A model generated the notes under the pieces. It made no database searches and was not told where the DNA came from. It saw only the letters and a program-made list of their open reading frames with translations. From NCBI GenBank assembly GCA_030390025.1, contig CM059431.1:137828001-137892000 (forward strand): DNA of 64,000 nt, given 5' to 3'. Below, piece by piece: positions 1-13,556 of the stretch (position 1 is its first letter; every line of letters starts with the position of its first letter). Position numbers and translations under genes: made by a program. The DNA is from Squalus acanthias. Lineage: Eukaryota.

Positions 1-487
1 TCACACCGAGATTACAGAATTACAGATAACCTCCATTATAACACATTGTTTCTACACTAAAGAAAACTTTATCTGTTAATTAAACTGAGCGTTTCATTCC
101 AGTACCTGCGCTGTGAGGCAGTTAACGCTGACGCCCACATGTTCTACTCCACTGCTGAAGCTCAGTCTTGACTGTTCTCTTTGAAGCTTGAGCGGGAAGG
201 GCGCTGTTTTACGGGAATCGATTATGTTCACCCGGGGAAAGCAGCAGACATCAAACACACGGCACAAAGTGGAGGAAATATTTTCTGATACCTGTTCATT
301 CTCACAACAACAATCCATTTCCGTCGTAACAGAAAGACGGCCGTTCTAAAATGGAACACGGGCTGTAATTTAACTCTAGTTTGAACAGGAATGCTGGTTT
401 ATTTTTACATTTATTTAAACAGAGCAATCCATTTTCATCGTAGTAGAATTGAGCTCCAGTTCGGTCAGGAAGGTTTGCTTTAATTTT

Positions 488-1392
488 TCATTTTTTAACT
501 AAATTACGAATGAATGTCCAAGGAGATTTCACCACGTTCTTTAGCTCTTCCCTGAATTTAGTTTGTGTAGCTGTATAAATACATGTGTTTGTACAGGAAC
601 TCAAATACATGAGCATATATCCGGTTTCTGTGGCAATGTATGCAGGGGATATATAATCGCCTCGATACTGCGCCGTGTTTGTCAGTTTGGCAGTTAAAAA
701 ACTAACGACAGCTGTCAGCCACAACACAATAAGACTGGCCGACACACTGAACAGTAAAATGATGGATTTCCTTCGTTTCTCCATCTCGGGATCGCTCTGA
801 TTCTCACTGCTGTGACCCAGGAGTGCCCTGCGGGCTCTACTGGCCACCAAAATGCGCCGGACTGTCAAACAATTAAACAGTAATATCAAAGCAAAAGGAA
901 GCCATGCAACTAAAATACTTTTTATCCAGTAGTATGCTACACCTGCAAGCGAAATAAAAAATGTCACACTGTAGCGGCAACCCCAGGGAACGTTGTGAAT
1001 TATTCGCTCAGTTTCATATGCAAACCAAAAGGGTATGTTCTCTAAACAGATCAGGACAGAGACCGTTGTTATAACCGCGCCCGCAGTTCTCACAGTGCAA
1101 TACTTTGTTTTAAAGTTCTGACAACATATAGCTACAAATCGATCAAATGTGAAGGAGACGGTAAACCACACCGACATATCCAGGGTAGCAGGATTCATAC
1201 ACATAATTAACTTACAAACGGCAGTGTAGTTCAGGAATGAATATGGAAAGTGATAACTGAAAGTTTGATACGCTATTACATGTAAGACAATGACCAGTAG
1301 ATCTGCTGTTGCCATGGCCACCATGTAGACAGAAATACAATTGGAAAGTCCGCAATTTCCTCTGGAGAGAATCACGATTGTCAGTAGGTTCG
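488..1392 (-). CDS. GPR139/GPR142-like class A GPCR, coding exon 2 (end of TM1 through TM7 and stop)
   Basis: Acceptor ctctttctcacag at 1393-1394. Reads (A)NLLTIVILSRGNCGLS...MATADLLV...FTFDRFVAIC...LSSCTNTCIY...KFREELK. Hydrophobic helices and a DRF motif; open to the stop at 488. Confidence 0.92.
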
Positions 1393-2221
1393 CTGTGAGA
1401 AAGAGGGAGAAGAGGTCAGTAACGGGGACACTCGGATAAATCTAACAGCATATTGTGGGGAAATGTTCTGAAGTGTCCCTACATAATTTCATAGACACTG
1501 ATTATTTCTTTATAAAATAGCGGATCGTTGGACAATTTGTTTAAAAGAGATAAAACATTGAACACTGTCGATAGAGGGACTGAATGTCTGCTGTTTCCAG
1601 CATCCTACAGTCAGACATCGTCACGTCTTAAATATAATTTACAAACAATGACTGGAAAGATATGAATTCAAATAATACATTCAGCTGAGACACAAACATT
1701 CGATGTAGGTCGAAACTCTGCGCTTTTTCTATTTCTAATGGCCCCGAGGGAGCTGCTAGGTAACAGAGCGGGAGGTGGTGGAGCCGCGAAGGTTATTTGC
1801 AGCCGAGGGGAGGTGAGCAGCTCCCTGAGCGGCAATTATTGCTCCAAATATCTTTCACAGTCCTCTGATGGGTGGAGGTGGCTGCAGTACAAGGAAATAT
1901 CAAATTAATCTAGACAGGGAACAACGGTACAGATGAAAGGATTACCATGGACACTGAGCAACACATTCTTTAATGATCGATGTACTGTTGGAGGGGCCGG
2001 TGAATCAACCTCGCTCTCCCTCAGTACAGGGAGGAAGATTGAGCTCTGGTCTACCGACCAGAACAGCGCCTCAGTGGCCGCGCGGACTGATACGATTCCC
2101 GCTGATATTCAGCAACTGATCCCGGTGAATAAATGACTCTGCAATGAGGACATTCTCGGAATTTGTTACATTAACACTGAGATAGTCAACAGCTATTAGG
2201 CAACAGGATGCATTGACTTAC

Positions 2222-2291
2222 CGGGAGCCCCAAAGGCTGCGAGAATAGGATAGTAAATGTTCTTTATCTGTACCATTGTTGGCAGTTCCAT
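2222..2291 (-). CDS. GPR139-like GPCR, coding exon 1 (MELPTMVQIKNIYYPILAAFGAP)
   Basis: ATG at 2291, GTAAGT donor at 2221-2216, phase 1. 70+905 nt = 975 nt = 324 aa plus stop, in frame with exon 2. Confidence 0.9.
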
Positions 2292-2719
2292 TTTTGGAAG
2301 AATCTGCGAATTCTGTGCAGCTTTACGGCACCGACGGGAGTTTAACTGAGATCTGGAAATTCACCCATCTTTATAGAACAATCGCTGCCCCGGAGAGAAA
2401 ATCAGGTTACCCTATAATTGGCGTTAGTTACAGTCACTTAACAAACAACAGGCGATTTTCCCCTTCGGGGCGCCCGGGCCGCCACTGGGGAAATTGAACA
2501 GCTCAGTCCATGAAATTCCGTCCATTAAAATCAATGAACGGAAAATAATCCCAGAGGGAATGTGCGCTGCGCATGTCCCATAAACCCTAAAAGGAACAGC
2601 CCTCCCCGACACGGCGTTAGGATCTTGGAGCCTCATATATAATTCGATGAAACCTACACTCATACATTGCATAATTTAAATTTGTTATGTATTGAAATGA
2701 TAACCACTAAGGACTCGGC

Positions 2720-3741
2720 TCTAACGTTACCGGCGAAGATCCTACAGTAACATTAAGACTAATGAACATATTCTAACATGCACGGTTTTGAATCAAATCT
2801 AACGTTACAGGTGGTGACTCACTCTAACATTACTGCTGGTGAACCTAATTTAACATTACTGGTGGTGAACCTACTCTAACATTAAAGGTGGTGACTCTAC
2901 TCTAACATAATTGGTAGTGAAACTACTCTAACCTAACATTAAGAAAGTGGTGACTGTACACTAACATCAATGGTTTTGAATCTATTCACACATTAGTGGT
3001 GGATACCGAATCTAACATTACTGGTGGTGTCTAAAATTACTGGTGGTGTTCCTGCTCTGACATTACTGCTAGTGACTCTACTCTAACATTACTGCTGGGG
3101 ATCCTACTCTACCGTTACTGGTGGGGACGCTAATCTAACATTATTGGTAATGAATCTACTGTAACGTTACTGGTTGTCAACATGATCTAACATTACTCAT
3201 TGTGACCCTATTCTAACATTACCGGTGCTGATTCTACTCCAACATTACTGGTTGGTGACCCTACTCTAACATTACTGGAGGCAAACTTAATCTAACCTTA
3301 CTGATTGTGACCCTAGTCCAGCATTATTGGTGGTGACCCTAATCTAACATAACTGGTGGTGACTGTACTCTAACATTACTGGTGGTAACCCTATTTTAAC
3401 ATTACTGGTGATGATCCTAATCTAATATTACTGGTGTAGACACTATGCTAAACTTTATGGTGGCGACTATACACTAACATTACTGTTGATGAGCCTGCTC
3501 TAAAATTGCTGGAGGTGACCCTATTCTATCATTACTGATCGTGTATCCTACTCGGACATTACTGGGGATGACCCCACTCTAACATTATTCGTGGTGTACC
3601 AAATATAACATTACAGCTAATGACTCTACTATAACATTACTGCTAGTGACTCAACTCTAACATTACAGCTAGTGACTCTACTGTAACATTACTGCTAGTG
3701 ACTCAACTCCAACATTACTTCCAGTGGATCAACTCTAACAT
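2720..3741. repeat. 26-bp satellite (ctctaacattactggtggtgacccta), left arm
   Basis: Degenerate tandem copies, directly visible; interrupted by a CR1 at 3742. Confidence 0.9.
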
Positions 3742-6470
3742 TAGGAAGGACAGGAAGTTGGGAAAAGTTGGAGGGGTGGCTCTGTTAATTATTTAGCACA
3801 ACAGAGAGGGATAACCTAAGTTCAGGAAACCAGGATGTAGAAGCGGATTGGGTAGAAATGAGAAATAATGAAGTTAAGAAGTCACTTGTGGGAGTGATGT
3901 AGAGGCCCCCTAACAGTTACCAGATGGTAGGATGGAGCAAAAAGGAAGAAATAATGGGAGCTTGTCAGAAGGGTACGGCAACAATCATGGGGGATTTTAA
4001 TCTACATATAGACTGGAAAAAACAGATGGGCAAAGGTAGCATAGATGAGGAGTTCATGGAATGTTTTCGGGATAGTTTCTTACAACAGCACGTTCTGGAG
4101 CCAACCAGAGAGCAGGCTATACTAGACCTGGTATTGTGCAACGAGATCGGATTAATTAATGACCTTATAGTGAAGGCGCCCCTAGGTAGCAGCGATCATA
4201 ATATGATTGAATTTTACATTCAGTTTGAGAGAGAGATGATTGGATCCAAGACTAGTATTTTAAACTTAAATAAGGGCAATTATGAGGGCATGAAAGCAGA
4301 GCTAAAGTCAACTGGCAAATTGGGTTAAGGCATCGGTCAATAGAGTTGCAGTGGCAGATATTTAAGGGGATATTTCAAAATACACAAAATATATACATTC
4401 CAATAAGAAAGAAACATTCCAAGGGGAGGACCCACCATCCGTGGTTAACTAAAAAAGTTAAAGATAGTATTAAACTTAAAGAAAAAGCATATAATTCCGC
4501 AAAGATGGGCGGCAGGTCAGACGATTGGACAGAATATAAAAAACAGCAAAGAATAACTAAAAGATTAATAAGGAGAGAAAAATTAGAGCACAAGAGAAAG
4601 CTAGCTCGAAATATAAAAAATAGTAAGAGTTTCTATAGATATTTTAAAAAGAAAAGAGTTAACAGAGTGAGCGTTGGTCTTATAAAAAGTGAGTCTGGGG
4701 AATTAATAATGGAAAATAAGGAGATGGCAGTTGAATTGAACAGGTATTTTGCATCGGTCTTGACTGTAGAGGATACAAGCAACATCCCAGAAATAGCTGT
4801 AAATCAGGAAATGGAAGGGAGGGAGGAACTCAAGAAGATTATAATCACCAGGGAAGTGGTACTGAGCAAATTGTTGGAGCTGCGTGCTGACAAGTCCCCG
4901 GGTCCTGATGGACTTCATCCTAGGGACTTAAAAGAAGTGGCTAGTGAGATAGTTAATGCGTTGGTTTTAATTTTCCAAAATTCTCCAGATTCGGGGAAAG
5001 ATCCATTAGATTGTAAAATAGCGAATGTAACTCCTTTATTCAAAAAGGGAGAGCGACAGAAAGCAGGAAACTACAGGCCAGTTAGCTTAACATCTGTCAT
5101 AGGGAAGATGTTTGAAGCTATTATTAAAGACGTTATAGCAGGGCATTCAGAAAAGTTCAAAGTAATCAGGCAGAGTCAACATGGTTTTGTGAAAGGGAAA
5201 TCATGTTTAAACAATTTATTGGAGTTCTTTGAGGAAGTAACATGTGCTGTGGATAAAGGGGAACCGGTGAATGTACTGTACTTAGATTTCCAGAAGGCAT
5301 TTGATAAGTTGCCACATCAAAGGTTATTGCGGAATATAAAAGCTCATGGTGTAGGTGGTAACATATTGGCATGGATAGAAGATTGGCTAGCTAACAGGAA
5401 ACAGAGAGTAGGCATATATGGGTCATTTTCTGATTGGCAAGATGTAACGAGTGGTGTGCCACAGGTCTCAGTGCTGGTGCCTCAACCTTTTACAATTTAT
5501 ATAAATGACTTGGATGAAGGGACCGAAGGTATGGTTGCTAAATTTGCTGATGAGACAAAGGTATGTAGGAAAGTAAATTCTGAACAGGACATAAGGAGGC
5601 TACAAAGGGATATAGATAAGTTAAGTGAGTGAGCAAAGATCTGGCAAATGGAGTATAATGTGGGAAAATGTGAAGTTGTCCATTTTGGCAGGAAAAATAA
5701 AAAAGAAGCATATTATCTAAATGGTGAGAGATTGCAGAGCTCTGAGATGCAGAGGGAACTGGGTGTCCTGGTGCATGAATCGCAAATGGTTAGTATGCAG
5801 ATACAGCAAGTAATTAGGTAAGCTAATAGAATGTTATCGTTTGTTGCGAGGGGAATTGAATACAAAAGTAGGGAAGTTATGCTTCAGTTATACAGGGCAT
5901 TGGTGAGACCACATCTGGAGTAATGTGTACAGTATTGGTCTGCTTATTTAAGGAAGGATGTAGATGCGTTGGAAGCAGTTCAGAGAAGGTTTACTTGAGT
6001 AATACCTGGAATGGGCTGGTTGTCTTATGAGGAAAGGTTGGACAGGCTAGGCTTGTATCCGCTGGAGTTTAGAAGAATAAGAGGTGACTTGATTGAAACA
6101 TATAAGATCCTGAGGGGGCTGGTCAGGGTGGATGTGGAGAGGATGTTTCCTCTTGTTTGAGAATCTGGAACTAGGGGTCGTTGTTTAAAAATAAGAGGTC
6201 GCCTATTTAAGACAGAGATGAGGAGAATTTTTTTCTCACAGAGGGTCGTGAATCTTTGGAACTCTCTTCCTCAGCGGGCGGCGGAAGCAGAGTTTTTGAA
6301 TATATTTAAGGCAGAGGTCGATAGATTATTGGTAAGCAAGGGGGTGAAAAGTTATCGGGGGTAGGCGGGAATGTGGAGTAATCAGATCAGCCATGATCTT
6401 ATTGAATGGTGGAGCAGTCTCGAAGGGTAGAGTGGCCTACTCCTGCTCCTAATTCGTATGTTCGTATGTT
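3742..6470 (+). mobile_element. CR1 LINE, 5'-truncated, decayed ORF2 (endonuclease end plus RT)
   Basis: IMGDFN, LDLVL, SDHN, KSPGPDG, NYRPVSLTS, YLDFQKAFDK, YINDLD..KFADET. Stops and frameshifts present. 3' UTR ends in (ttcgtatg)n. Confidence 0.95.
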
Positions 6471-9355
6471 GTCTCTTCTCTAATATTACCGGTGGTGATC
6501 CTGCTCTGACATTACTGGTGGTGACCCTACTCTAACATAACTGGTGTTCACACTATTCTAACGTTACTGGTGGTGACCCTAACATCACTGGTGGTGACCC
6601 TACTCGAACACTACTGGGATAACCCTACCCTAATATTATCAGTGGTGCACCTAATATAACGTTACTGGTGGCCACACTAGTACAACATCACTGGTGGTGA
6701 CTCCACTCTAACATCACTGATGGTGACTCTACACTAACGTTACTGGTGGTCGACCTACACTACCATTATTGGTGGTGACACTACTCTAACATTACTGGTG
6801 GTGACCCTACTCTGACATTACTGGTGGTGACTCTACTTTAACAATACTGGTGTTGACCAAATTCTAGCATTACTGGTGGTGAACCTACACTAACATTACT
6901 GGTGGTGACTCTAGTCTAACATTACTGGTGGTGACCCCACTCTAACATTACTGGTGGTGAATCTACTCTAACATTACGGGTGGTAAGCCTACTCTACCAT
7001 TACTGGTTGCGAACCTAATCTAAAGCTTACTGGTGGTGACTGTACTGTAACATACCTGGTGGTGACGCTTCTCTAACATTACTAGTGGTGACTCTACTCT
7101 ATGGTGAAGACCCTACTCTAACATGAATAAAGTGGTGACTGTACACTAACATCACTAGTGTTGATCCTATTCAGATGTTACTAGTGGCGACTCCACTCTA
7201 ACATTACTGTTGATGACACTACACTAAAATTGATGTTGCTGACCCTACTTTAACATTACTGGTGATCAACCTACTCTAAAATTATTCGTGGTGTACCTAA
7301 TATAACATTACTACTAGTGACTCTACTAAAATATTAATAGTGTTGTCTCTTCTCTAATATTAATGGTGGCGATCCTACTCTGACCTTACTGCTCAGAACA
7401 CTATTCTACCATTGCTGCTGATGATCCTACACTAATATTGCTGGTGGGGACGCTACTCTAACGTTACTGCTGGCGACTCTACTCTGACCTTACTGAGTGT
7501 ACTCCTACGCTAACTTTATGGTGGTCACCCTACTCTAACATTACCAGTGGTGACACTACTCTAACATTACTGGTGGTGACTCTACCCTCACATTATTAGT
7601 GGTAACTTTATTCTAACATTACTTGTGGCGACTCTACTCTAACATTACTGGTGGTGACTCTTCTCTAATATTACTGCTTGTGACTCTACTGTAACATTAC
7701 TGGTGGTGACCCTATTCTTTCATTACTCGTGGTGACTCTACTCTAACCTTACTGGCGATGACGCTACTCTAACAGTACTGGTGGTGATCCTACACTAACA
7801 TTACTGGTGTTGACCCTACCCTAACATTACTGGTGGTGACCCTACTCTAACATTACTGGTGGTGATCCTACTCCAACATTACTGGTGGTGATCCTACTCT
7901 AACATTACTTGTGGTGATCCTATTCTAACATTACTGGTGGTGACCCTACTCCACCATTACTGGTGGTGACCCTACTCCAACATTACTGGTGGTGATCCTA
8001 ATCAAAAATTACAGGTGTGGATCCTACTCTACATTACTGGTGGTGAATCTACTCTAACATTACTGGTGGTGACCCTACTCTAACATTACTGGTGGTGATC
8101 CTACTCTAACATTACTTGTGGTGATCCTATTCTAACATTACTGGTGGTGACCCTACTCCACCATTACTGGTGGTGACCCGACTCCAACATTACTGGTGGT
8201 GATCCTACTCTAACATCACTGGTGGTGATCCTACTATAACATTACTTTTGGTGATCCTATTCTAACATTACTGGTGGTGACCCTACTCCACCATTACTGG
8301 TGGTGATCCTACTCTAACATTACTAGTGGTGATCCTACACTAATATTAATGTTGGTGAACGTACTCAAGCATTACAGTTGGTGGTGACTCTAATCTAACA
8401 GTTATGGTGGTGAATCCGCTCTTACATTAGTGATTATGAATCTACTCTAATTTTATGCTATTGGCCCTACTGAAGTGTTAATGGTACCAGCGCTACTGTA
8501 ATTTTATTCTTGATGATGCTACTCTAAATTACTGGTGTTGACCCTTCTCCAACTTTACTCGTGGTGACTCTACACTAACATTACATGTTGGTGACCCTAC
8601 TCTATCATTACTGGTGGTGATTCTACTCTATCATTACTGGTGGTGATTCTACTCTTTCATTACTGGTGGTGATTCTACTCTAACATTAATAAAGTTGTGA
8701 CTGTACACTAACATTAATGGTTTTGAATCTATTCTAACATTACTGGTGGTGACCCTACTCTAACATTAGTGGTGTTGACCCGACTTTAACGTTAGTGGTG
8801 TTGCCTCTATTCTAACGTTACTATTGGCGACTCTACTCTAACATTACTGCTGATGACCCTACACTAAAATTGCTGATGTTGACCCAACTTTACTGGTGGT
8901 GATCCTACTCGAAAATTGCTGGTGATGACCCTACTCTAACATTACTGGTGGTGAATTTACTCCAACATTACTCATGGTGACTCTACTCTAACATTACTGG
9001 TGTTGACTCTACTGTAACATTACTGGTGGTGACCCCGCTCTTACATTAGTGATGGAGAATCTACTCTAATTTTGCTGCTATTGACCCTACTGAAGCGCTA
9101 ATGGTACCAGCGCTGCATTAACGTTAATCTTGATGATCCTACTCTAACATTACTGGTGCTGACCCTTCGCTAACATTTCTGGTGGTGAACATACTATAAT
9201 ATTACTCTTGGTCAGCCTACTCTAACATTATTGGTGCTGCACCTAATCTAATGTACATGTGTCAACCCTAATTTAGCATTACTGGTGACTCTCAACTATA
9301 GCATTAATGGTGATGTCCATACACTAAAAAGCTGGTATTGATCCGATTCCAACAT
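6471..9355. repeat. 26-bp satellite, right arm
   Basis: Same unit as 2720-3741; most homogeneous at about 7750-8340. Confidence 0.92.
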
Positions 9356-9369
9356 TCCTTTATGAAAAG

Positions 9370-11615
9370 TGCTGACTCCCAGGTTTCTGTACTTGGGTCT
9401 GAAATTTTCACCATATTTATTAGTGATTTCGATGAAACAATAGACCGGCATGTATCAAAGTTTGAAAATGACACTAAGTTAGGTTGAAGCGTAAGTAGTG
9501 CTAATAAGATCGAGAGGTTACAAAGAGATATAGAAAGATTAAATGAGTTAGCAAAACTATATCAAATGGTGTTCAATGCCGGCATGTGTGAATCATCCAC
9601 AATAAACTAAGAAAGATAACTCGGAGTATATTCTAAAGACTATTAAGCTAGAAACTGTAGTGGAGCGTGAGATTCAGAATTTCGAATTCTTAAATCATTG
9701 AAAACAAGTACATCAGATCAAAAGACATAGGAGCAGGAGTAGGCCATTTGGCCCTTCAAGCTTGCTCCGCCATTCAATAAGATCATGGCTGATCTTGTAC
9801 CTCATCTCCACTGACATGAACTATCTCTATATCCCTTGATTCCCTTAATATTCAAAAATCTATCAATCACTGTCTTGAATATACACAAAGACTGAGCCTC
9901 CACAGCCCTCTTGAGTAGAGAATTCCAGAGATTCATTACTTCTGAGTGAAGAAATTTCTCCTCATCTCAGTCCTAAATGGCCGACCCCTTATTCTGAGAC
10001 GGTGACCCATGGTTCTAGACTCCCCAGCCAATGGAAACATCCTCCCTGCATCTACACTGTCAAGTCCTGTAAGAATGTTGTATGTTTCAATGAGCTCATC
10101 TCTCATTCTTCTAAACTCTAGAGAATATAGGTCTAGTGTACTCAATCTGTCCTCATAGGACAATCCCCTCAACCCAGGAACCGGACTGCTGAACATTCCT
10201 TGCACTCCCTCTGTGGCAAATATATCCTTCCTCAGGTAAGGAGACCAAAACTGTAAACAATGCTCCAGGTGTGCTCTCACCAGGGCCCAATATATTTGTA
10301 GTAAGACGTCTTTACTCTTATACTCAAATCCTCTTTTAATATCATTTGCTTTCCTAATTGCTTGCTGAACCTGCATGTTAACTTTAAGTGGTTCGTCTAC
10401 AAGGACACCCAGCTCCCTCTGAACACCAACATTTCCCAATCTCTCACCATTAAAAAAATACACTGATTTTCTATTTTTCCTACCAAAGTGGATAACATCA
10501 CATTTTTCCACATTATATTCGATTTGCCATGTTCTTGCCCATTCACCTACACTGTCTATATCCCCATGATGCCTCCTTGCATCCTCCTCACAACTAACAT
10601 TCCCATCCAACTTTGTATCATCAGCAAACTTGGATATGTTACATTTGGTCCCCTCATCCACATCATTGAAGTAGATTGTGAATAGCTGAGGCCAAGCACT
10701 GATCCTTCCGGTACCCCACTATTTACAGCCCGCCAACACGAAAATGACCCGTTTATTCTTACTCTCTGTTTTCTGTCCGTTAACCAATCCTCAATCCATG
10801 CAAGTATATTACCCTCTGTCCCAAGTGCCATAATTTTGTTGAATGCCTTCTGAAAATTCACATAAACCACATCCACTGGTTCCCAAATATATATTCTGTT
10901 AGTTACAAACTCAAAAAATTCTAACAGGTTTGTCAAACACGATTTCCCTTTCAAAAATCCTAGTTGACTCTGCCCAATCCTATTGTTATTTTCTACGTGC
11001 CCTGTTACCACGCCCTTAATAGTAGATTCTAGCATTTTCCCTACTACTGATGTCAGGGTAACTGCTCTGTAGTTCCCCGTTTTCTCTCTCCCTCCTTATT
11101 AGGCATAAACAAAAGACAATGGAAAAAGCAAATTTAATATTGACCTATTTCTTCAGGGTGCTGGAATGCGACGGAGGTGATGCTTGAGTTGTTCGGAGTC
11201 TCAATCATTCCCAGTACTTCATTCAAATTTGGGCAGCCCTTCCCAGGAAGGATATACTGTTGTTGCAGAGGGTCCCGCACAGATTCAACAGAATGACACC
11301 GGAGCTTAGCGGGTTACTTTATGAGGACACCTCGCGGATACCTGGTTCTTATTCCATTGAGTATCGAAGATTGATTGGTAATCTGATCACGGTGTTCAAA
11401 TCTAAAAGTGAGTTGATAAGACAGATGTCCGGAGAAACTATTTCCTCTGACGGCCGAATCAAAAGCAGCGGGAAATAATCTTAAAATGAGATCTAGGCCA
11501 TTCTGTAGCGATGTCGTGCAGCAATTTTTCACAAAAAGGATAGCTAGGAATCTGGAACTCAGTCCCCAAAAAGACAGTGGAAGCTGGGACACTTGGAGCT
11601 TTCAAGACTGAGAAA
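9370..11615 (+). mobile_element. Old CR1 RT fragment split by a younger antisense CR1 (pieces about 9370-9715 and 11100-11615)
   Basis: Degenerate ISDFDE...KFENDTKLG before the insertion; QRVPHRFNRM...YSIEYRRL after it. Confidence 0.7.
9722..11098 (-). mobile_element. CR1 LINE, 5'-truncated, antisense
   Basis: ORF pieces QLGFLKGKSCLTNLLEFFE, KFADDTKL, YSLEFRRMR, EMRRNFFTQ; CR1 3' UTR at the low end. Confidence 0.93.
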
Positions 11616-11739
11616 GAACCAGGCTGCCTTGTAAAGTTTGGAAATATATTAATCTGTTTTGTTGAGACGGCAGGAAATATCATCGTGAATTGCTCGTGCA
11701 TTGTGCAGCTGCATGAAACTGGGAATTGAGAAAAAGCAT

Positions 11740-11810
11740 TGCCCGGACAGGGATTTGAAACCTGGACATCTGACTAAAAGTCTAATGTTCTACAGACTGA
11801 GCTGCCGAGG
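11740..11810 (-). pseudogene. tRNA-Lys(UUU) pseudogene
   Basis: Reverse complement resembles vertebrate tRNA-Lys-TTT (GCTCAGTC-GTAGA, GACTTTTAGTC, GGTTTCAAATCCCTGTCCGGGC) with stem mismatches. A T5 run follows at 11735-11731. Confidence 0.75.
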
Positions 11811-12004
11811 ATTTGCTTTGTGGGGTTCAGACAGTGAACTTCCCTGGCTGATATGGATGATACAACCTACACATTTTGCATTTCCTCCTATCGTAACGCC
11901 GCCTATCCGCAGCATTTCACTCACACACTGCCTCCCACAGTATTAGCTTCACAAACACTCTCCCTCCCTCCTCCCACACTCTCATTAACAGCCGCGTCTG
12001 ATCT

Positions 12005-12780
12005 TACAAGCGCTGTTTCCCAGAGATCTGTAGTGGGGCCTCAAATTCATTTTATTAATGACTTAGATGAAGCAATACTAAGCTGCCTAATTAAGTTTGA
12101 AGATGATACTCAGTTCGGAAGGAGGGTAATTCTTTGTAAAGAGAGCGGGAAGTTTCTGAGGGACTGAGACAGATTAAGTTAGTTGGGAAAACTATATTAA
12201 CAGGAGCTTGGTTTCGGAAAATGTGAAGTCCATCACTTTGGAACCAAGAATTATAAATCGGAGAATTTTCTAAAAGGTGCAAAGCCAGCAAAGGGAAGCA
12301 GAGTTTGGAAATCTGAGTTCTTAATCTTTTAAAGCTAATGGACATAAAGAGGAAACAATGAAAACAGCTAATGGAATGTCTTACTTTTTCTCAAGGGTGC
12401 TGGAATACAATGATTGTTATTTTTCAGTTGAATAGAAGCTTGCAAAGTCCCATCGGGAGTACTGCATTCACTTTCAAGCACCACATCTCATGAAGGATAT
12501 ATTGGCTTTGGAGGGGTTGCAGCACAGATTCACCAGAATGATACCGAAATCAAAAAGAGGTGAAATAATCTTAAAATTTGATCGAGGCCATTATGGAGCG
12601 AATTCATGAAGCACATCTTCACACAAAGGGTTGTTGGAAATCTGGATCTCAGTCCTTAAGAAGACTGTGGAAGCTTGGGACACTTGGAGCTTTCAAGACT
12701 GAGAAGGATCAGGCTTTCCTGCAAAATTTCGAAAACAGTTTTTTTGAGACAGCATGAAATATCATCGTGAATTGCTCGTG
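12005..12780 (+). mobile_element. Old CR1 fragment plus flank, duplicate of the 9370-11700 unit
   Basis: FINDLDE..KFEDDT; same CR1-to-flank junction (gacacttggagctttcaagactgagaa...aaatatcatcgtgaattgctcgtg) as 11590-11700. Confidence 0.7.
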
Positions 12781-13347
12781 TTTCATGTGTCCAATTTCAC
12801 TTTTCTCAAGAGCGCTCGGGTCCAATGGGGAGGAAGTTATGCTTCCGATGTATAGAACATTGAACAGTCCCATCGGGAGTGCTGTGTTCAGTTTTGGCTA
12901 TCGGAATAAGTGACTGGGGAAAACTAGGTCAATTGGAGTTCAATGTGAGCTAGTGTGAAGTCATACACTTTGGAATCAAGAAAGCTCTGCCGTCAGAAGC
13001 TCTGTCACGGAACAAGTCTCAAAGGGGAGACCTCAGGGACATAAGAGGTCGAATATCCGCGAGGCTCACTCGACCGTCCGCGATAGCTTTGACGGATGGC
13101 CCACAGAAATCTTGGGAGTAAATGCCTTGAACATATACAGCGGACGACCAGGAAAACCTCCTGAAAATTCACCCCGAAGTGTTCGTATTATGATCTGAGC
13201 GCAGGGCAGTGGGAAAACTTCACACAAGTCAGTACAACATTGTGGCGATGCGAGTGGATTAGTGCCTAACTTACACACCTTCCCCTTCCTTTTAAATATC
13301 GATGCCATCCTATTTAATATCGCCAATATTAATTGTTAATGGAACGA

Positions 13348-13556
13348 AAAATTTGCATTTATACAGCGCCTGTTACGACCACCAGACGAACCAAAGCACT
13401 TTACAGCCAATGAAGTACTTTTTGAAGTGAAGTCACTGTTGTAATGTAGGGAATGCGGGAGCCAATTTGCGCCCAACAAGCTCCCACAAAGAGCAATGTG
13501 ATAATGACCAGATAATCAGTGTTTAGTGATTTTGACTGAGGGATAAATATTGGCCA
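13348..13556 (-). mobile_element. Deu-domain SINE (SacSINE1-like), 3' part
   Basis: ttacagccaatgaagtactttttgaagt...gagcaatgtgataatgaccagataatc...gggataaatattggcca; same family as 40985-41420. Confidence 0.8.

Noticed and set aside
2720..9355. Chi-like ctggtgg in the satellite
   Set aside because: Mostly a 7-of-8 match with no known meaning in this context.
12985..13320. Unexplained CpG-rich stretch (similar at 54290-54600)
   Set aside because: No recognisable coding, RNA or terminal-repeat signal, so no call can be supported.
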